The notes under the pieces: model-generated
Databases searched by the model: none
What the model saw: the letters and a program-made list of their open reading frames with translations, nothing else
What the model was told of the DNA's origin: nothing
Translations under genes and position numbers: made by a program
Part shown: positions 51,873-64,000 of the stretch, piece after piece
How positions within the stretch are numbered: position 1 is the stretch's first letter
How the letters are laid out: each line of letters opens with the position of its first letter
Assembly: GCF_004010195.1 (NCBI RefSeq)
Contig: NC_057756.1
Span: 4,761,164 to 4,825,163, forward strand
DNA: 64,000 bases
DNA from: Chiloscyllium plagiosum
Taxonomy: Eukaryota
Direction: 5' to 3'

Positions 51873-53099
51873 CTAAGAAGTGATAACCAAAGTTTGAGTC
51901 TCTCTGCCTCTCCCTCATGTTTAAAATGATATGGTGCCTCCCTCCATCACTGCACAAACTCCACATGTTTTTGCATGGAATCAACTTTCTATTGGTCAGA
52001 TCTGCTTTCTGAAGATCAGATCTGCTTTAAGCCACCAGACCCCAAATTCTATTTGCCAGATCTCCCTTCAGTCACTAGTTCTCCATCTCTATTGATCGGA
52101 CCTTGCAAGTACATGTGAATATTTCGTAAGGGTTTCCTCCTCTCTCAGGTCTTCAAGTTCAACTATAGACACTGTGATGTATTAGGAAAAAAGGGAGAAT
52201 TCCCAACATTCCTTGCACCAGCCAGTCACTTCACTTGGGATTGGGGTCTTTAATTCAGTCAGTGATCAGAGAGCACCGCGTTTAACTACAAATGAGGTAG
52301 ATAAAGGGGTCCAGAAGGCAGGAGTGCCACATTGTCAGACCCTGCAGGCAGCCAATTGAACATTAAAGATGTGTGCTTCTCTTGCAGTATTGGTGAGCCT
52401 ACACCTCCAATACAGTATTGGTCACCTTTATTTCAGGGATGGGTGGTTTTTAAATACACTAAAGACAGTTCAGAGGACACTTTCTAGTTTGACACCTGAA
52501 ATGAGCAGGTTGCCTGATACGGAAACGTCAGCAGATTGGGCTTGCTTCCACTGGATTCTAGAAAATTATGGGATGGTTTGATTAAAATGCATAAGATCCA
52601 GAATGGTTTTGGTAAGATGGACTTGAAGAAAAATGCTTCCTCCTGTGGTTTAATCTAGAACCAGGGGGCACTGTTTCAAAATTAGTAAACCGCCCTTTTC
52701 TGACAGAGTTGAGGTGAACCCCTTTTCCTGAGACTTGAGACACTTCACTGCCTGAGACAACAGTGGAGACCAGGTCATTAAATGCTTTACCCACATGTGG
52801 ATATTTCTTTAGTACTTTCTCCCTCCCTTAGTCTTCAGTTGTGGGACAAGTCTCTGAAGGACACAATTCCATCCAAAACGTACAGAAAGTCATTGTATCG
52901 GAGCCATTTCACATCTGCTTTGGTATTGCATGTGTGAGTCAATGTTCAGTTTCAGTGTTGAATCTAATAACAGATTGCTTGATCTCACAGTTGTGTAGTG
53001 ACAGCAACTTATCACAAACGCAGAAGAAAGCCTCAGCAGCAGACAAAATCACTCATGGTCAGACTACACTTGAGAAAATGGACTATATAAACACCTGCT

Positions 53100-53105
53100 T
53101 TTATT
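53100..53105 (-). terminator. Candidate CLDND1 poly(A) signal (3'UTR ~1.4 kb)
   Basis: AATAAA on the - strand followed by GU/U-rich sequence. Confidence 0.5.
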
Positions 53106-54541
53106 TCAATAACTTATATATTGCAGGGTACAGGAGAACTATCATAAAAATACATTCACTAATTATTAAATAAGGACTTCTCACACAGATTATAAATATA
53201 CAAAGGGACTTTGTCAGCCAGGTCCCACGGCCGGTTATATCAAAGTGCCACCTCCATTTGGAGTGAGAGCACACTCCGTTCACCCCCAGACGCATATTCT
53301 CAAAAGCATACCAGTGAATCCATGATACTGTTACCTCCTGAATCCATTTCAGTCATGATTTCATTGAGCTCAGCTCATAAGAGAGAAGACATACTTTCAA
53401 TTAGAACTACAAGGGCATCCCACTCCTGAGAATTGGAAGGAACCCAGGTTGGGACTTTGTTCTCAAAGACCTGTGAAAATGACAGCAATTATTAGATAGC
53501 TGGCCAGCAAAAATACAAAAAACAAAGCTTTTGTGCTGAGTAGGCCACTCTCTCTCTTGCCTCTGAGCCAAATGCCTGTACACTGGGGTCACAGTCCAGA
53601 GTCTCAATGCAGCACCAAGAGGGCACAACACTGCAGAGAGAGAGGACTCTGAGGGGCAGTACACTGTCAGAAGCTCATTACTAATGGAGTGCTGCATGGT
53701 CAGAAGAATCAGTGCTGAAGGAGTACTGCACCATTGGAAGGTCAGAACTGCAGGAGCACTGCACTGAGAGCAATACGAACAAGATGCTCCCACTTCTGGA
53801 CAGTCTCATTCCTAACGGAGTGTTGAACTATCAGAGAATCATTGTCGAGGGAGTGCTGCACTAGCAGGTGTTTAGAACTGCAGGAGGGCCAGGCCTGAGG
53901 GAGCACTCTCCTGCCAAAAAAAAACCTCAGTACACAGGGAATGCTGCACTGTTAAAAAGAGGGCCAAATCGGAGGGAGCACAGCATAGCTGGAAGGGCCA
54001 CAGTGACAGCCCTGCAATGATGGGGCTGGCAATAACAGAGGGCCTGTCTGCCCTCTCAAGGGGGCAGAGTGGGCAGGAAAGAGCCTACGGACACTATTGA
54101 AGAGTGGAAGTGAAGAGCAGGCCCTGGGCCCACTAAACCACCACCAAAGCACTACAATAATTTGCTCATTAGCACCCAGCTCCTTGTGACAGCTTCCTGT
54201 CCACAGTTTGCATCCATGCTCACCGAGACTGCAGTAGTGGCTACGTTTTCAAAACGCGCACTTTGTAGACTACTTCAGGATTGCATGGCACTGCTAAACA
54301 GGGAGTGGACGGGATTTGAAGAATTCCGACACGTGGGATCCCGAGCAAAAATAAAGGGGGGACCTACATCCCCATGGAACACTATGAGGTTAAACATCCA
54401 CGATTGAAATGCATGAAGGGAAGGATTAAGAACAAAAAAAAAAGAAAAGAGTCCTTTTACATCGCTGCTATTTCCGAACATGATTGAAGTGCCTGTTCAC
54501 AAATCGGACGTTGGGGGGAGCGAGCAACAGGAAACCACAAG

Positions 54542-58426
<3,885 letters not shown>

Positions 58427-59331
58427 CTGGAACAAAAACAGAAAGAATCAGAGGATTCACATCAAATATAAAAGCAAGATACTGAAAGAAAGAGGGGGGA
58501 GTTGGGTGGGGTCTGTCAGTGAGAGACTGCGGCAAAAGCATCCCAGGATAATATTATACTTGGAATTATGGAAGAAAGAGTGCAGAACACTGGACAGGGC
58601 AAACAGTGCATGGCAGAACGTATTGATACTTGGAGAGCAGATAATGTTTTAAGCAGCAAATAGCACCCGTCTCACAGAAAAGAATAAAAAAGGCCACTAC
58701 AGAACATCTTATTAAAATGGACACAGAATCTTTCAAGATGGCTTCCAGAAGTCACATGACTGCTGTCATCGATTGATTGCAGCAGAAACCAGGCATGTCA
58801 ATGTATTAACTCAGCGGCAACCACAAAGGGAGACATACAGAATTCAACTGACACTTGGATAACTCAAAGTCTTCCCAAATTCAGTCTCTGAAAGAACAGG
58901 AGATGGGAGGTTACCATAGAGAATTTGAACTTCTTGGTCTACAACAACTTATTGCCACTAACATTGCAGCTGCTCTGCACAGATGATGATTGGACAGACT
59001 GAGGGGTGCCATTAAGGCCAGATGGACAGTGAGCTGCGAACAGATAGCTGGAGGAAGGCAAAGCAGCCAAAGGACTGATTAACTTTGGGAAGGTTGGTCT
59101 CTTCCTTCTAAATTCCAATGAGTACACACCCAATCTACTCAATCCCTCCTCATTAAGGCGGTCCCTCCATACCCAAGAACAACCAAGCAAACCTTCTAAG
59201 GCCTGCAGCAAACACCAGAATATCTTTCCTTAATAAAAAGGGGCAAAAAAAAAAAAACACGGTATTCTAGTTGTAGCCAGACAAGTGTCTTGTTTTAGCA
59301 AAACTAGCTGTAGTCAGACCAGTGCCTTTTA

Positions 59332-60460
59332 GATTATTAGATTAGATTACATTACAGTGTGGAAACAGGCCCTTCGGCCCAACAAGTCCACACCTACCTG
59401 TCGAAGCGCAACCCACCCATACATTTACCCCTTACCTAACACTACGGGTAATTGAGCATGGCCAATTCACCTTACCTGCACATCTTTGGACTGTGGGAGG
59501 AAACCGGAGCATCCAGAGGAAACGCAGACACGGGGAGAACGTGCAAACTCCACTCAGTCAGTCGCCTGAGGCGGTATTCTAGTTACGGTATTCTAATTGT
59601 AGTCAGACAAGTGTCTTGTTTTAGCAAAACCTCCCTTTTTTTTTACTCCAATTCCCTTTCAATTAAAAACGCCGACATTCCATTTGCCTTCCCATTACCC
59701 ACCGCACTTGGGTGTTAGCGTTATTGTCCTTCATGAGGCAAATATAGTTGTTTAAACAATACGTTTGCTGAGATCAAACAAGTAGCCAAACAGTTATTAA
59801 CCAAGGTAATTTATTTCAGCTACATCCTGTCTGAAAATACACTTTCTTTTAAATTAGGGGCAAACACAGTGGCTCAGTGGTTAGCACTGCTACCTCACAG
59901 CACCAGGGTTCGATTCTAGCCTCAGGCGACTGTCCGCGTGGAGTTTGCACGTTCTCCCGTGTCTACGTGGGTTTCCTCCCACAATCCAAAGGTGTACAGG
60001 GAGAATTCACCATAGGGTTCAGGGACGTGTAGTTAGGTGCAGAGTAAATGCAGAGTAATAGGGGAATGGGTCTGGGTGGGATACTCGGAGGATCGGTGTG
60101 GGTTTGTTGGGTCAAAGGAGCATCTGGAGGGGGACTTAAAATGCTGGGCACAGTAGATTAGATTACTTACAGTATGGAAACGGGCCCTTTGGCCCAAGTC
60201 CACACCGAGTCACCAAAGCGCAACCCACCCAGACCCATTCCCTCACATTTACCCCTTCACCTAACACTACGGGCGATTTAGCATGGCCAATTCACCCGAC
60301 CTGCACATTTTTGGATTATGGGAGGAAACTGGAGCACCCGGAGGAAACCCGCGCAGACACGGGGAGAATGTGCAAACTCCACACAGAGTCGTCACAGGCG
60401 GGAATTGAACCCGAGTCTCTGATGCTGTGAGGCAGCAGTGCTAACCACTGTGCCACCCAC
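59332..60460. mobile_element. Cluster of three HE1 SINEs: 59332-59575 (-), 59857-60120 (+), 60155-60460 (-)
   Basis: A/B boxes, V-SINE body and tails. Confidence 0.88.
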
Positions 60461-60479
60461 TAAGGTTGTGGGAGTTGAA

Positions 60480-62345
60480 AAAATGGTGGCGCTGGAAAAG
60501 CACAGCGGGTCAGGCAGCATCCGAGGTGCAGGAGAGTCAACATTTCAGGCATAAGCCCTTTATCAGGAATGTGGAAGGGAAAGGGGGCTGAGAGATAAAT
60601 AGGGGGGTGGTGCTGGAGAGAGGGGTGTGTGGGGAAGGTACATGGGAAGGCGATAGGTAGATGCAGGTGGAGGGGTTATTGTGAGAGGCCAGTGGGAAGG
60701 GTGGAGTGGTTGGGTGAGAAGGAAGATGGACAGGTAGGACAGGTCAAGAGAGTGGTACAGAGTTGGACGGTTGGATCTGGGATGAGGTGGAGGGGGGTGT
60801 GGTGGGGAGGAGAGATATATAAAAAAAAATAATGAAGTCGATGTTGATGCCATGTGGTAGAGGGTCCCTAGGCAGATGAGGCATTCTTCCTCCAGGTGAC
60901 GGGTGGCTTGGATTGGTGGTGGAGGCAACCCAGGACTTGCATGTCCTTGGAGGAGTGTGAGGGGGAGTTGAAGTGGTCAGCCACAGGACAGTGGGGTTGT
61001 TTAATATGTGCGTCCCAGAGATGTTCCCGGAAACGTTTTGCGAATTGGCTTCCTATCTCTCTAGTGTAGAGACGACCGCATCCAGAGCAAAACAGGAGAT
61101 GTGTTGGGTGGATGTGTAGGACAATCTCTGCCAGATGCGAAAAGATCCTTTGGGACCTCAGACGGAGAAGTGACGAGCAGAAGGTGTGGGCGCAGGTTTT
61201 ATACTTCTTGCGGCGGCAAGGGAAGGTGCCGGGAGTGGAGGGTGGGTTGGTAGGAGGGGCACGGACCAAACAAGATAGTCACGGAGGAGAAACACACAGT
61301 TTCTGAAACGCAGGTAGGAGTGGGAGGGAAATATCCCTGTTGTTGGGGTCTGAAATGGGGTGGCCGAAATGGAGGAGAATAATGAGCTATATCCAGAGCT
61401 GAGTGGGGTGGAAGGTGAGGACCAGAGGGGTGCTATCCTTGTTACATGGTTGGAGTTCAAGGGCGGAGATGTGGGAAGTGGAGGAGATCGGAGATGCCCT
61501 ATTTCAGAGACTGCTATTTCTCCTCCCATGTGATCAACAAAGCCCTCCAGCATATCTCCTCCACTTCCTGCACCTCTACCTTCAAGCTCTACCCCTCTAA
61601 TTCCAACAAGGATGGAATGCCCCACCCCCCCCAGTCCACATCCAGCAGAGATTTTCCTTGCACATCCACCCACCTCATCGACTGCATCTTTTGCTGTCAA
61701 TGTGGTCTCCTCTACATCAAAAAGACAGGACGCCAACTCGCAGAGCATGTCAGGGACCATCTCTGGGATGGACCCACCAAACAGCCCCACCACCCTGTGG
61801 CTGACCACTTCAAAGCCACCAGTCAACTGGAAGAACACCTCATCTCCCGCCTCAGGAACCTCCAAAAACAGAGCATCAACGGCCACTTCACTTGTTCCCA
61901 AATCTCCCTTCCCCCCTTCCCCTCCGCCCCCCCCCACAGCTCATCCCTCCAACTGCCCTCTTGACCTGCCCATCTTCCTTCCCACCTATCCACTCCACCC
62001 TCCCCACCAACCATCACTTCCCACCTGCATCTACCTATCGCCTACCTTCCCTACAGCCCCTCCTACTTATCTCTCCACTTTCCGAGTAAATGGCTTATGA
62101 CCGAATGTCGACTCTCCTGCTCCTCGAATGCTGCGTGACCTGCTGTGCTTTTCCAGCGCCAGCCTTTTTGACCGACTCTCCAGCATTCGCAGTCCTCACT
62201 TTCTCAGAGTAGTCATGATTTGGAGATGCCGGTGCTGGCCTGGGGTGTACAAAGTTAAAAGTCACCTCCTTCATCACCTGAAAGAGAGTGCTTCCAATTA
62301 AACCTGTTGGACTACAACCTGTTGTATGATTTTTTAACTTTCTCA
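60480..62345. mobile_element. Penelope-like inverted pair plus short palindromic terminus
   Basis: 60480-61490 (-) vs 61490-62205 (+); FREHL...PVADHFNSPSHS. Confidence 0.82.
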
Positions 62346-62399
62346 GAGTAGGTTGTGGACCATGTGCAGATAAATGGGATGCGTGTACGTTCAACATGT

Positions 62400-63925
62400 T
62401 TCAGTAGCAGGAAAGCTGGCAGCTTTGACCAGGGGGCTGACAGGAATGACGAATGATTTACAAACTTACCTCGTGAATAGATGGAGTGCACAAGGGACAG
62501 CTGAGTAAGTAAGGTAATATATTTGGGTGGTTGCTTTACAAAACATTACTCAGGTAGTGTCTTCTACCCATCGTATTTCTCTAACCAAAAACAAAATTGC
62601 CAGATTGGTAAGATTTTTTTTTAATTCTGTATTTTTCTACATTCTCTTTGGAATGGCAATTAGGGCAGTTGAATGTTACTCCTGCAGAATGGGGAGGGGA
62701 GGGTCACCACTAGTGACCCTGGTGACTTCCTGTGGGAAAGTGCACCCAACTCCAGCTCCACGTTAGAGAACCGGAGGAGGAGCTGGATGAACTTTGAATC
62801 ATTCAGGAGGCGGAGGAGGTTATTGAGAGGAGATACAAGGAGGTAGTCACAGCTCGGGTACAAGAAAAGAAAAGAGCAGATGGGATACAGTTGGGGGACG
62901 GAAAGGGAACCGGCAGACAGTGCTGGGGTCCCCTGTGGCCATTCCTCTCAATAGAGAGTATACTGATTTGGATAGTGCTGGATGGGACAATTTACTATGG
63001 AGCACAGATCTCTGGCACAGTCTGTCCCTTTTGCTCAGAAGAGGTGGGGTGTTGGGAAAAAAGAGAGAGAGAGAGAGGGAGAGACTCACGGTTGGTGTGT
63101 TGCAGGCTCCTGATGCCTTGGATCATGTTTTTGGGACCCTTGAGGGGGAGGAGGAGCAGCTCCACATCGGCACTAACGACATAGGTAGGAAAAGGATGAG
63201 GATTAAGGCAGAAATTCAGGGAGCTAGGCTGGAAGCTTAGCATTACAACAAACAGATTTTATCTCTGGTCTGTTGCCCATGCCAGTGAGGAGAGGGATAG
63301 GAAGAAAGGGGAGTTGAACACGTGGCTACAGGGATTATGCAGGCGGATGGGTTTCAGATACCTGGATAAAGATGTGCAGGGTTAGGTGAATTGTCCATGC
63401 TAAATTGCCCATAGTGTTCAGGGATGTGTAGGTTATGTGCTTTAGTCAGTGGTAAACATAGGGTAGGGGAACGGGTCTGGGTGGGTTACTCTTCGGAGGG
63501 CTGGTGTGGGTTGAAGGACCTGCTTCCACACTGTATGGAATCTAATTCTAGTTCAATTGAGGCTCATTCTGGGGTAGGTGAGACCTCTAGAAACAGGATG
63601 GTATCTCCAGTGACCAGGAGGTTGAGAGTAGTGAGGTCAGAAATGAGGTCAAGATTGCAAGAGCTCACCAGCAAGCAGGGAGGTGGTTTGAAGTGAGTCT
63701 ATTTGAACAGAAGGAGCATCTGGAATAAAGGTGGGTGAACTCGAAGAATGGGTTGGTACCTGGGATTTCAATGTTGTGGCCATTTTGGAGACATGGGTAG
63801 AGCAGGGGACAGGAATGGTTGTTGCAGGTTCCGGGATTTAGATGTTTCAGTAAGAACAGAGAAGATGGTAAAGTGGGGGGGGGGGGGGGGGGGGGGGGAA
63901 AGGTGTGGCATTGTTGGTCAATGGT
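62400..63925 (+). mobile_element. CR1 5' portion (ORF1 zinc finger/esterase remnants, start of EN) with a SINE fragment at ~63370-63545
   Basis: AVECYSCRM, HIGTNDIG motifs. Confidence 0.75.
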
Positions 63926-64000
63926 CGCCAAATGACTTGGAGATGCCAATGTTGGACTGGGGTGGACAATGTTTTTAAAAATTGCACAACACCAGGTTAT

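Noticed and set aside
61158..61937. 259-aa minus-strand ORF as the missing CLDND1 first exon
   Set aside because: Lies within inverted Penelope arms and has no similarity to the CLDND1 N-terminus

Overview
Repeat-dense genomic DNA from a vertebrate, most likely a shark (elasmobranch), judged from HE1-type tRNA-derived SINEs, HER1/CR1 LINEs and recurrent satellites. There are four N gaps. Two protein-coding genes lie on the minus strand. (1) A complete, hand-spliced 9-exon cobalamin (vitamin B12)-binding protein of the transcobalamin/haptocorrin/intrinsic-factor family: CDS 25143->8171, 410 aa, all introns GT-AG and phase-consistent, with a TATA box and AATAAA. It looks closer to TCN1/CBLIF than to TCN2 and has an unusual cysteine pattern. 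(2) The last three coding exons of CLDND1 (58426->54542); its first coding exon is not in the window. The rest is CR1, Tx1/L1-like, Penelope-like and Gmr1-like Gypsy elements, SINEs and tandem repeats. Most notable: a ~2.0 kb tandem duplication of the B12-binder promoter that puts a second copy of the start codon in frame with a 220-codon CR1 ORF2 fragment, and many Penelope terminal fragments (often palindromic, with TSDs) carrying minimal hammerhead ribozyme cores. Comparisons with human proteins are from memory, not computed alignments.
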